Assembly: GCA_963730145.1 (NCBI GenBank)
Contig: CAVSQT010000006.1
Coordinates: 48,430-112,429 of the forward strand
From: an uncultured Solirubrobacterales bacterium
GTDB taxonomy: Bacteria > Actinomycetota > Thermoleophilia > Solirubrobacterales > 70-9
DNA: 64,000 bases
Direction of reading: 5' to 3'
The stretch's first letter is position 1. Every line of letters starts with the position of its first letter. This document shows positions 20,607-31,115 of the stretch, piece after piece. The notes under the pieces are model-generated. The model was given only the letters and a program-made list of their open reading frames with translations. It was not told where the DNA came from and searched no databases. Made by a program: the position numbers and the translations under genes.

Positions 20607-21686
20607 CTACTTGTCGGCGGAGCCGCCGCGCAGCCGCGACAACAGCCCACCGCCCCCGCTGCCGCGCTCGGCGCGCTCCTTCGAGCCCGCCCATTCCTCC
20701 CGCGGCGTCCAGCTCTCGCGAGGTGTCTGCGTCTCGTAGCCGAGATCGTCGAGCAGCTGCCCCGCCGTCTCCTCGAACTCCGCGTTCTCCTCGGCGCTCA
20801 TCTCGCGCTTCCACACGGCGACCCGCTCGGCGTCGGGCGGCTTCGTCGTCATCGCGTGGGCGGCGACGCGTTCGCCGGCCTCGCGCTCGGGGCGGCCCTT
20901 CTTCGCCGGCAGCGCCCCGGCCATCTCCTGGAGACGCTCGCCGGCGCGCTCGTGGTAGGTCAGCATCGCCGGATCGAACTCGAGCTCGATGTGGGCGCAG
21001 ATCCGCCGCAGCACCTCCTCGGTGTTGTCGATCAGGTCCTCGTAGCGGACCTCCATGTAGTGCTCGACCTCCTCGGCGTCGAGCTGCGACTTGGCGATCT
21101 TCTTGCGCCAGCGCCGCGCCATCTCGCGCGCGGGGATCGGATCCTTGCCCCGCTTGGCGATGCGGGCGTTCTGCGAGAGCCCGGCGTCGCGACCGTCGCG
21201 AATGACGTGGATGAAGCGAGCCTCGGGCAGCGTCTTCTGCAGCTTCTTCATCTTGCGCACGTAGTCGGGCGTCTTGTCGCCCCAGCGCGACTTGCCCTGC
21301 TTGCGGGCATAGAGGCGATAGAACGCACGCAGGGCGTCGCTGGTGTTGAACGGCTCGATCGCCTCCATCTCGGCCAGCAGCTCGGCCTCGTCGAGCCCGA
21401 AGTCGTTCCAGCGCCGACGCTGGTCGCGAACGATGACGTTGGTCGCGATCGTGGCGTTGAAGCGCAGCCGTCCCGATGCCTGGATGAACGGGTTGGCGAA
21501 GTGGGTCTCGGGCGGCATCGCGAGCTCGGGATGCGCGTCGAGCATCATCCGCAGCAGCGTCGTGCCCGAGCGCCCGACGCCGACGACGAACGGCGCCGGC
21601 GCAGCGTCCTCGGCGCGCCCGCGCAGGCGGCGGTTGCGAAGCGTGCGAAGCGAGTAGTCCAAAGCCACGAGCCGAGAGTGTTGCAA
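20607..21686 (-). CDS. Sulfotransferase family protein (ST3)
   Basis: Intact 359 aa ORF with GVGRSGTTLLRMMLDAHP, DKTPDYV, VIRDGRDAGLS, and a Gly-rich tail. Confidence 0.8.
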   Translation of the reverse strand: MQHSRLVALDYSLRTLRNRRLRGRAEDAAPAPFVVGVGRSGTTLLRMMLDAHPELAMPPETHFANPFIQASGRLRFNATIATNVIVRDQRRRWNDFGLDEAELLAEMEAIEPFNTSDALRAFYRLYARKQGKSRWGDKTPDYVRKMKKLQKTLPEARFIHVIRDGRDAGLSQNARIAKRGKDPIPAREMARRWRKKIAKSQLDAEEVEHYMEVRYEDLIDNTEEVLRRICAHIELEFDPAMLTYHERAGERLQEMAGALPAKKGRPEREAGERVAAHAMTTKPPDAERVAVWKREMSAEENAEFEETAGQLLDDLGYETQTPRESWTPREEWAGSKERAERGSGGGGLLSRLRGGSADK

Positions 21687-21707
21687 CTAACAGGCTGGGA
21701 GTTCGGC

Positions 21708-22615
21708 TCAGTCGAGGTAGCCGAGGTCGCGCAGCAGCTCCCCGGCCACCGACTCGAACTCCGCTTGATCGGCAGCGCTCATCGCCGTTCGCCAGCCCCC
21801 GCTGCGCTCAGCTGTCGGCGGTCTTGCGGTCAGCGCATGCGCCGCGGCTCGCTCTGCCCCCGACCTGCGCGAGTCGCCCGCCCGCGCCGGGCAGGTCGCG
21901 GGCGATCTCGCCGATCCTGGCCTCGGCGTCGCGGTGGTAGTCGAGCATCGCCGGCGAGAACTCCAGCCGGCAGAGCTCACACACCCGCCGCAGTTGCGCC
22001 TCGGGGTCGGCTGACGAGATCCTCGTAGCGCAGTTCGAGATAGCGGCCCCGCAATCTCTTGGCCTGCCGTCGCGCCTTGTCGATGCGATCGCGCCACAGC
22101 CGCGCGGTGTCGGCCAGCGGCTTGCCCTCTCCCATGCCGCGACGGCGTCGCGAGATGGCGACGTCGCGCCCGTCGCGAATCAGGTGGATGAACCGCGCCT
22201 CCTCCAGCACCTGTCCGATCTCGCGCATGTGGCGAACGTAGGCCGGCGTCTTCTCGCCCCAGCGGGGCTTGCCGGCTGTTCGCGCGCAGAGCGAGTAGAA
22301 GACCCGCAGGATCGCGCGCGGCATCGGCGCCGTCGAGGCCGGCGGTGGCGTCGCGAAAAGCAGCGGCGTCGAGCCCGAAGTCGCCCCAGTTTCTCGCCGA
22401 GATGATCTCTTCGACCACGGCTTGACGATCCTGCGTGACGCCGCGCGGATTCGATCACCGCCGGCACGAACTGCGTCTCGGCGGGAATCGTCAGCTCGGG
22501 ATGGGCGTCGAGCATGAGCCGCAGCAGCGTCGTTCCCGAGCGCCCGACGCCGACGACGAACGGAGCCGGGACCAGGTCTGCCCTGCCGCGGCCACCGAAA
22601 GCCGAGCCGGTTCAC
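21708..22615 (-). CDS. Sulfotransferase paralogue (ST4), at least 5 frame changes, possibly a pseudogene
   Basis: GVGRSGTTLLRLMLDAHPELTIP, GEKTPAYV, LIRDGRDVAIS and AAHALTARPP...GELLRDLGYLD are scattered over three frames. The GTG start overlaps the purQ stop (GTGA 22612-22615). Confidence 0.6.
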
Positions 22616-23284
22616 GCTGGAGCGAGCGCCGCCGAACGGGTCAGCGATTCGAACAGCACGAGGCCGTCCTCGGAACCGGTGAGAGCATCGACGGCATGCT
22701 CGGGATGGGGCATCAGGCCGACGATGTTGCCGGCCTCGTTGGCGACGCCGGCAACGTCGCCGATCGAGCCGTTCGGGTTGTCGCCGTCGGCGTAGCGAAA
22801 CACCACCTGCCCGCGGCGCTCGAGCTCGGCCAGCAGCTGCGGCGGCGCAAACCAGCGGCCGCTCATGTGCTTGACCGGGATCGAAAGCCGGTCACCGGGC
22901 CGGCAGGCCACGGTCGCCGCCGATTCGGCATTGACGACATCGAGCTCGACCTGGCGACAGAGGAACCGCAGGCCCTCGTTGGCCAGCAGGGCGCCAGGCA
23001 GCAGCCCCGCTTCGCAGAGGACCTGAAAGCCGTTGCAGATCCCCAGCACCGGCCCGCCGCCGGCGGCGAACTCGGCGCACAGCCTCCATCGCGGGCGAGA
23101 AGCGCGCGATCGCGCCGGCGCGCAGGTAGTCGCCATAGGAGAAGCCGCCCGGGATGACGACCGCGTCGATGCCGGCGAGGTCGGTCTCCTCGTGCCAGAC
23201 CAGGCGCGCCTCGCCGACGCGCTCGCACGCCTGCACCGCGTCGCGCTCGTCGCAGGAGCCGGGGAACTGCAGCACCCCGATCAC
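22612..23284 (-). CDS. purQ: Phosphoribosylformylglycinamidine synthase glutaminase subunit (one frameshift)
   Basis: [27 protein letters not shown], catalytic GICNGFQ, and MPHPE. Confidence 0.9.
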
Positions 23285-23499
23285 GTGATGATCTCGTAGT
23301 CCTCTATCAGCGTGTTCGCCAAGAGCTGCCGGCAGAGCGCGTCGAGATCGGCGCCGTCTTCGGCCTCGAGCTCGACCATGCGACCGACGCGCACATGGGA
23401 GACGCCGTCGAAGCCGAGCGCGGGCAACGCTCGCTCGACCGCCTTGCCCTGCGGGTCGAGGATCCCCTCCTTCGGCCTGATCAGCACGCGCGCCTTCAC
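23281..23499 (-). CDS. purS: Phosphoribosylformylglycinamidine synthase subunit PurS
   Basis: Intact 72 aa ORF with KEGILDPQG...NTLIEDY. It overlaps the purQ start by 4 nt. Confidence 0.9.
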   Translation of the reverse strand: MKARVLIRPKEGILDPQGKAVERALPALGFDGVSHVRVGRMVELEAEDGADLDALCRQLLANTLIEDYEIIT

Positions 23500-23512
23500 G
23501 GACTCAATCTAA

Positions 23513-24514
23513 CTAGGGACGTCGGCGCCTGGCGCGTCCCATGAAGCCCGACAGGCGTGAGCGCGCCGGCGGCGGGGTGAGGTCGAGCTCCGGTCCATCG
23601 GTCTCGGCGAGCTCGAGGATCTCCGCGTAACCGGCCTGCTCGAGCTCGCGCTCCATCCCGACCGCTCTCGCTCCCTGCGCCCAGCGCGGGTCGTCGGCGA
23701 GATGGATGTCTGGGGTCGTCGCGCACGTTCTCTTCTGGCCCAAGACGTCACCGAGGCCGGCACCGGGCGACCGAGCAGGCCGTAGATGCGCCCGAGCTCG
23801 CGGGCGGGATCGGCGCGAAGGTCCTCGAGGCGGACCATCGCGTAGCGCTCGCCGAACAGGCGCTCGCCGTCGCCGCTGGTTGCGGCGAAGGCAGCGCGCC
23901 AGACCAGCAGCGGCCGCAGGAAGTCGGGCACGTCGGCCGGGAGCTCGAGGGTCGCGTAGCGCGCGAGCAGATCCTCGGCGATGCGCCGGCTCGACCACAA
24001 CCGGCGCCCGGTCCGCGCGGTGAAGAAGGTGTCGGCATCGGGGTAGATGTCGGTGCGTCGCCTGCGCCCGAGCAGCATCGAGGCACAGACCGCGCGCGGG
24101 TCGCGGACGAGATGGACGATGGCGGCGTCCGGATCGATCTCGGCCACCGCCCCGAGCTTGTGGTGCAGGCGCGTTTCCTTGATCGCCACATCGGGCGCGT
24201 CGTCGAGCAGGCTCGCCAAGAGCTCGCTGACGTGCGCTGGAAGCTCGGGGTCGAGCTCGATCTCGGGCGCTCGCGGACCGCCCCAGTTGAACAGGTCGAT
24301 CTGAAGCCCCGGATAGTTCTCGGCGCGAAAACGGTCCCGGCGGCGCCGCGTCTCGGCGAAGACATCGATCTCGGTCGCTCCGCTGCCTCCGCCGATCGTC
24401 TCGCTGTTCTCGCGCAGCGGCTCGTAGAAGCAGCGTCAGGTTCGCGTCCTGGCCCAGCGCGTCGTAGAGGATCGTGGTCCCCGAGCGGCGCAGGCCGATG
24501 ACGAAGAGGTTCAT
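23513..24514 (-). CDS. Sulfotransferase-like protein (ST5), divergent from ST1-4, two frameshifts
   Basis: MNLFVIGLRRSGTTILYDAL (P-loop-like 5-prime-PSB) and VHLVRDPRAVCAS (3-prime-PB-like). Lies between purC and purS. Confidence 0.65.
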   Translation of the reverse strand: MNLFVIGLRRSGTTILYDALGQDANLTLLLRAAAREQRDDRRRQRSDRDRCLRRDAAPPGPFSRRELSGASDRPVQLGRSASARDRARPRASSARQRALGEPARRRARCGDQGNAPAPQARGGGRDRSGRRHRPSRPRPARGLCLDAARAQATHRHLPRCRHLLHRADRAPVVVEPAHRRGSARALRDPRAPGRRARLPAAAAGLARCLRRNQRRRRAPVRRALRDGPPRGPSRRSRPRARAHLRPARSPGAGLGDVLGQKRTCATTPDIHLADDPRWAQGARAVGMERELEQAGYAEILELAETDGPELDLTPPPARSRLSGFMGRARRRRP

Positions 24515-24580
24515 CGTTCAAGGGTAGGGGCCTCGACCGCGCCCGGCTTGGACCGGATCTCGGAGGTTTCTACGCCGCGT

Positions 24581-25429
24581 TCAGAGCGTGCGGCCGCTGA
24601 TTCGCTCGTAGGCCTCGACGTACTTGGCGCGGGTGCCCTCGACGACCTCGCCGGGCAGCTCGGGTGCAGGCGGTGTGTGGTCCCAGCCCGACTCGTCGAG
24701 CCAATCGCGCACGTACTGCTTGTCGAATGAGGCTTGGCTGCGACCGGGCTCGTAGTCGTCGGCCGGCCAGAAGCGCGACGAGTCCGGGGTCAGGACCTCG
24801 TCGCCGAGCACCACCTCGGCCCCCGGCGAGGCCCCGAACTCGAACTTGGTGTCGGCGATGATGATCCCGCGCTCGGCGGCGTGGTCGCGGGCGTGGGAAT
24901 AGAGCTCGAGCGTGGTGTGGCGAAGCTGCTCCATCAACGCCCGGTCGCCGATCACCTCGACCGCGCGCTCGAAGTCGATGTTCTCGTCGTGGTCGCCGAT
25001 CTCGGCCTTGGTTGCCGGGGTGAAGATCGGCTCGGGCAGCTTGTCGGACTCGCTCAGGCCGGCCGGCAGCTCGATCCCGCAGACCGAGCCCGTCGCCTTG
25101 TACTCCTTCCACCCCGAGCCGGTGATGTAGCCGCGGGCGACGCATTCGATCGGGTACATGTCGAGCTTGCGCACCCGCAGCGCGCGCCCCGCGACCTCCT
25201 CGGGCACCTCCTGCGAAACGAAGTGGTTGGGACAGATGTCGGCCGCGGTCTCGAACCAGAAGACCGACATCTGCGTCAGCACCGCACCCTTGTCGGGGAT
25301 CGCGGTCGGCAGGATCACGTCGTAGGCCGAGATCCGGTCGGAGGCGACCATCAGGAGGTCGTCCTCGAGCTCGTACATCTCGCGCACCTTGCCCGAGGCG
25401 ACGAGCTTGAGATCGGCGAGTGCGGTCAT
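24581..25429 (-). CDS. purC: SAICAR synthase
   Basis: Intact 282 aa ORF with [27 protein letters not shown] and LTPDSSRFW. Confidence 0.95.
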   Translation of the reverse strand: MTALADLKLVASGKVREMYELEDDLLMVASDRISAYDVILPTAIPDKGAVLTQMSVFWFETAADICPNHFVSQEVPEEVAGRALRVRKLDMYPIECVARGYITGSGWKEYKATGSVCGIELPAGLSESDKLPEPIFTPATKAEIGDHDENIDFERAVEVIGDRALMEQLRHTTLELYSHARDHAAERGIIIADTKFEFGASPGAEVVLGDEVLTPDSSRFWPADDYEPGRSQASFDKQYVRDWLDESGWDHTPPAPELPGEVVEGTRAKYVEAYERISGRTL

Positions 25430-25495
25430 CGGGCGGCGATGCTAACAACGCGGGCGACCGCCAAAGCCCGCAGCCTCGCCGGCCTCACGTCGGAA

Positions 25496-25510
25496 TACCC
25501 CCCGGTGGTA
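25496..25510. promoter_or_regulatory. Candidate CsoR operator (GC-rich palindrome TACCCCCCGGTGGTA)
   Basis: Imperfect inverted repeat (6 of 7 arm pairs) lying 12 nt upstream of the csoR ATG. It resembles the published TACCC...GGGTA type CsoR boxes. Confidence 0.35.
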
Positions 25511-25522
25511 CCATCGAGGTCG

Positions 25523-25822
25523 ATGCCAACCGAGCAGACTGCCGGATACGTCAGCGACAAGGACGCGATCATGCGCCGCCTCGCCCGCATCGAGGGACAG
25601 GTTCGCGGGATCAAGTCGATGGTCGACGACGAGGCCTACTGCGTCGACGTGCTGACCCAGGTGGCGGCGGTGACCAAGGCGCTCGAGGGCGTCTCGCTGA
25701 AGCTGCTCGCCGACCACACCAACCACTGTGTTCGCGACGCGGTCGAGTCGGGCGGCCCGGATGCGGATGCCAAGGTCGAGGAGCTGCTCGCCGCTGTCGA
25801 GCGCTTTGCGCGGACTCGATGA
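25523..25822 (+). CDS. csoR: CsoR-family copper-sensing repressor
   Basis: The Cys-His-Cys fingerprint has the same spacing as Mtb CsoR C36/H61/C65 (C, +25 H, +29 C): AYCVD...ADHTNHC. Confidence 0.85.
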   Translation: MPTEQTAGYVSDKDAIMRRLARIEGQVRGIKSMVDDEAYCVDVLTQVAAVTKALEGVSLKLLADHTNHCVRDAVESGGPDADAKVEELLAAVERFARTR

Positions 25823-25829
25823 ACGACCG

Positions 25830-27180
25830 ATGAAGACAGCGGTCGAGAGCCCGCCCGCCGCTGAGGCCGCCGCGTCCACGGCGAGGCCGTTTGCCGAGCT
25901 GCCGCGGGTGCCGCTGCCGAAGCTCGTCCAGACGGCGCGGTTCGTCGCCCGCCCGGTCTCGTTCCTGGAGCAGTGGCGTCGCCGGCTCGGCGAGCCCTTT
26001 CACGCATCGATCCATGGCCCCGGCGAGATCGTCTTCCTCTCGGATCCCGCCTCGATCAAGAAGCTGTTCGCGGCCGACCGCGTGCACACGATCGCTCCCG
26101 GGCGCAACATCTTCCTCGAGCCGCTGCTCGGCAGGGGATCGCTGCTGCTGCAAGAGGACGAAGAGCACCTGCGCCGCCGCAAGCTGATGCTGCCGCCGTT
26201 TCACGGCGAGCGCATGCGCGCCTACGAGGCCGTGATCCGCGAGGCGACCGAGCGAGCGATCTCGACCTGGCCGCGCGGCGAGCAGTTCGCGCTACACCCG
26301 AGCATGCAGGAGATCACGCTCGAGGTGATCCTGCGGGCTGTCTTCGGCGTCGAGGACGCCGAGCGCCGGCGCAGCCTGCGCGACGGCCTCGTCGAGATCC
26401 TCGCTGCCTCCGCTTCACCGACGGCTGTCGGCTTCGCGATCCCGGGGCTGCGCCGGGTGCCGCCGTACGACCGGCTCGCGCGCCTGCGTGAGCGCACCGA
26501 CGAGCTGCTGTACGCCGAGATCGACGAGCACCGTGGCCACGACGACCTCGCCGAGCGCGACGACATCCTCTCGATGCTGCTCTGCGCGACCTTCGAGGAC
26601 GGCTCGAAGATGGGCGACCACGAGCTGCGCGACCAGCTCATGACCCTGCTGCTGGCCGGCCACGAGACGACGGCGACGGGTCTCGCGTGGACGTTCGACC
26701 TGCTGCTTCACGACGAGGCGCGCCTCGCGCGCCTGCAGGCGGAGGTCGAGGCCGGCGAGCACGAGTACCTCGACGCGGTCATCAACGAATCGCTTCGGAT
26801 CCGGCCCGGTCGTCCCGTTCACCGGCCGCAAGCTGCGCCAGGACGCCGACCTCGGCGGCTACGAGCTTCCCGATGGGACCGTGATCCTCGTCGGCATCTA
26901 TCTCGCTCACACCCGCGCCGACGTCTACGAGGACCCGTTCGCCTTCATGCCCGAGCGTTTCATCGGCGACAGCGCTCCCGACACCTTCGCCTGGGTGCCG
27001 TTCGGCGGCGGCACCCGCCGCTGTATCGGCGCTGCCTTCGCCCAGCTCGAGATGCGCGTCGCGATCGAGACGATCCTGCGCTCGCGCAAGCTGGCGGCTG
27101 CGACGGCGGAGCTCGAACGCCCGACCCGGCGCAACGTCACTCTCTCGCCCGCGAACGGGACGCGCGTCAGGCTCCTGTAA
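25830..27180 (+). CDS. Cytochrome P450 (one frameshift near 26810)
   Basis: I-helix LLLAGHETT, ESLR (ExxR), and heme loop FGGGTRRCIGAAFA. Confidence 0.85.
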
Positions 27181-27189
27181 GCCGAAGCT

Positions 27190-28475
<1,286 letters not shown>

Positions 28476-28476
<1 letters not shown>

Positions 28477-28979
28477 TATGAGGTGAGGATTCGCACCGCG
28501 AGCAGGCCCGCGTTCTTGGCGCCGTCGATGGCGACGCATGCGACGGGCACCCCAGGCGGCATCTGGACCGCCGAAAGCAGCGCGTCGAGGCCGCCGAGGC
28601 TCTTGCCCAGGATCGGCACCCCGATCACCGGCAGGTCCGTGTGCGCCGCGACCACCCCGGGCAGCGCTGCGGACATGCCGGCGCCGGCGATGATCACCTT
28701 GAGGCCGCGCATGCGCGCCGCGTGGCAGTACTCACGCACCTTCTCGGGATCGCGGTGAGCGCTCATCACGCGGACCTCGTACATCACGCCTGCGTCCTGG
28801 AGCGCCTGCCCCGCCGGCTGCATCTTCGGCTTGTCGTTCTTGGAGCCCATGATGATGCCGACGCGCGGCGCGTCGACCTCGATCTCCTCGAACACGGCCT
28901 CGACTCCGGGCATCGTCTCCGGCGGCTCGCTGCTGCTCACCTCGACACCGCTCTCGGTGTTCGGTTCCTGGATCTCCAC
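28476..28979 (-). CDS. purE: N5-carboxyaminoimidazole ribonucleotide mutase
   Basis: [32 protein letters not shown]. Carries an acidic N-terminal extension of about 35 aa. Confidence 0.9.
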
Positions 28980-28992
28980 TTGCTCTTAGCTC

Positions 28993-30261
28993 CTATCTCG
29001 CGGTGGCGCCGGTGGTCGCAGCGGCGGCGATATCCGTCCGCATCTGCTTGCCGTCGAACTCGATCATGGCGGCCGCCTCGTAGGCGCGCTCTCGCGCAGC
29101 CTCCAAGGTTGCCCCGAGCGCGGTCACGTTGAGCACCCGACCGCCTGCGGTGATGATGCCCGCCTCGGTTCGCGCTGTGGCGGCGTGGGTCACCTCGATG
29201 TCGTCTTCGATCGCATCGAGGCCCGTGATCAGGTCACCCTTCGAGGAGCTCGCGGGATAGCCGGCCGAGGCGAGGACGACGGTCACGGCCCAGTCGTCGG
29301 CGAACTCGGCTCGGGCGGATTCGAGTCCGCCTGGCTCGCGTGCTTGGAGGAAGAGCTCGAGCAGGTCGGTTCGCAGCCTCGGCAGCACCGCCTGGGTCTC
29401 GGGATCGCCGAAACGGGCATTGAACTCGAGCACCTTCGGCCCTGCGGCGGTCAGCATCAGGCCGGCGTAGAGCACGCCGTGAAAGGGAGTGCCTCGCTTG
29501 GCCATCAGCTCGACGACGGGACGGTGGACGCGGTCGACGATCTCCTCGACGCGCTCGGGGTCCCAGCCCGCCACCGGCGAGTAACTGCCCATGCCGCCTG
29601 TGTTGGGGCCCTGCCCGCCGTCGAAGATCCGCTTGTAGTCCTGGGCCGGCGCCAGCGGGACGACGTTGACGCCGTCACACAGGGCCAGGAGCGAGAGCTC
29701 CTCGCCCTCGAGGAACTCCTCCAGCACCACCTTGGTAGCGCCGAAACGCCGCTCGACGAAGAACGCCTCGACGGCCTCTCGCGCCTCGGCCTCGGTCTCG
29801 CAGATGATCACGCCCTTGCCCGCGGCCAACCCGTCGGCCTTGAGCACGACGGGATAGGAGGCGCCGGAGAGCCGGTCGAGCGCATCGTCGCGGTCTCGGA
29901 GCACCGTGTGGCTCGCTGTCGGCACGCCGGCCTCGGCCATCAACGCCTTGGCGTGGACCTTCGAGCCCTCGAGCCGGGCCGCGGCGGCGCTGGGACCGAA
30001 CGCCGCGATCCCGCCGGCCTCGAGCGCGTCGACGAGACCATCGACCAGGGGAGCCTCCGGGCCGACGACGACGAGGTCGCACGCGTGCTGCGCCGCCGCC
30101 GCGACGATCTCCTCGACGCCGGAGACGTCGAGACAGCGAGCGTCGGCGGCGATTCCGGCGTTGCCGGGCGCGCACAGCAGCTCCGGCGCCGGGCTCGACC
30201 GCGCCAGCGCGCGCACGATCGCATGCTCGCGCCCACCCGAACCAACGACGAGAACTCTCAT
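28993..30261 (-). CDS. purD: Phosphoribosylamine-glycine ligase
   Basis: Intact 422 aa ORF with [38 protein letters not shown]. Confidence 0.95.
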   Translation of the reverse strand: MRVLVVGSGGREHAIVRALARSSPAPELLCAPGNAGIAADARCLDVSGVEEIVAAAAQHACDLVVVGPEAPLVDGLVDALEAGGIAAFGPSAAAARLEGSKVHAKALMAEAGVPTASHTVLRDRDDALDRLSGASYPVVLKADGLAAGKGVIICETEAEAREAVEAFFVERRFGATKVVLEEFLEGEELSLLALCDGVNVVPLAPAQDYKRIFDGGQGPNTGGMGSYSPVAGWDPERVEEIVDRVHRPVVELMAKRGTPFHGVLYAGLMLTAAGPKVLEFNARFGDPETQAVLPRLRTDLLELFLQAREPGGLESARAEFADDWAVTVVLASAGYPASSSKGDLITGLDAIEDDIEVTHAATARTEAGIITAGGRVLNVTALGATLEAARERAYEAAAMIEFDGKQMRTDIAAAATTGATAR

Positions 30262-30539
30262 AGAGACTTTGTGAACTCCTCAGCCGGAATCGCGGTCAGC
30301 GTCTCGTTCATGACCGAGCCGCGCGAGCCCATCTCGACCGAGAGCTTGGCCATCGTGCGCTCGTCGGGCGCGTCGACGACGGTGATGAAGTCGTAGGCAC
30401 CCAAAGTGGCCCATTGGCTCACGACCTTGACTCCGATCTGCTCGACCTCCTTGTTGACCTCGTGCACGCGGGCGGGATTGTCCTTGATCGTCTTGACGCC
30501 GTCAGAGGTGAGCTTGGTCAGCATGATGTACGTCGGCAT
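30258..30539 (-). CDS. GYD-domain protein
   Basis: 93 aa, [11 protein letters not shown]...[22 protein letters not shown] Shine-Dalgarno sequence lies upstream. Confidence 0.8.
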   Translation of the reverse strand: MPTYIMLTKLTSDGVKTIKDNPARVHEVNKEVEQIGVKVVSQWATLGAYDFITVVDAPDERTMAKLSVEMGSRGSVMNETLTAIPAEEFTKSL

Positions 30540-30596
30540 CTGGTCTTCCTCCTCGGTCGGGTTAGTCGCGACTGACGCCGCGCACTCCTCTTTCTT

Positions 30597-31115
30597 TCAC
30601 GTAGCGGGAGATCGTGCAAGCCGGCCGCGATTCGCCTCGCGTGCGATCAGCTCGGCGGTCGCCCGCCGACGGTAGTCGAAGATCTTCTCGAGATCGCGAA
30701 AGACGAAGAATCGCTGAGCCAGGCTGCCCAGCGACCCGTAGCCGATCCGGTAGCGGACGCGATCGCGGATCACCGTCCAATCACCATCGCGTTCGAACTC
30801 GTGCGTGTGGTGCCAGAGCGCGTAGGGCCCGCGAAGCTGCACGTCGACGAAGCGGTGAGGCGGCTCCCAGGCTTCGATCCGCGTCGTCCAGCGAACCGGG
30901 ATCCGATGGACGACGAGGCGATAGGAGATCAGCGCCCCTTCGCGCATCTCGATCGGCAGCTGCGAGGTGATCCGAAAGCCGAGCCATGGCGGCGTGATCG
31001 CCTCGAGGTTGGAGGCGTCGGAGTAGATCGTGAAGGTGCTCTCCAGGGGCGCTCTCACTCGCTGCTCGCGCTCGAGCAGCTGCTCGCCCGGTCGCAACGC
31101 GGGATCGGCGCTCAC
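30597..31115 (-). CDS. SRPBCC (START/cyclase-dehydrase fold) family protein
   Basis: NLEAITPPWLGF, HRIPVRWTTRIEAWEPPHRFVDVQLRGPYALWHHTHEF. The GTG start overlaps the GT3 stop (GTGA 31112-31115). Confidence 0.65.
   Translation of the reverse strand: MSADPALRPGEQLLEREQRVRAPLESTFTIYSDASNLEAITPPWLGFRITSQLPIEMREGALISYRLVVHRIPVRWTTRIEAWEPPHRFVDVQLRGPYALWHHTHEFERDGDWTVIRDRVRYRIGYGSLGSLAQRFFVFRDLEKIFDYRRRATAELIAREANRGRLARSPAT

Noticed and set aside
14050-22615. Interpreting the sulfation/GT array as a mobile genomic island.
   Set aside because: I could not recognise an integrase, transposase, flanking tRNA, direct repeats or an obvious compositional change. The stop/start overlaps with purQ argue for an integrated operon rather than a recent mobile insertion.
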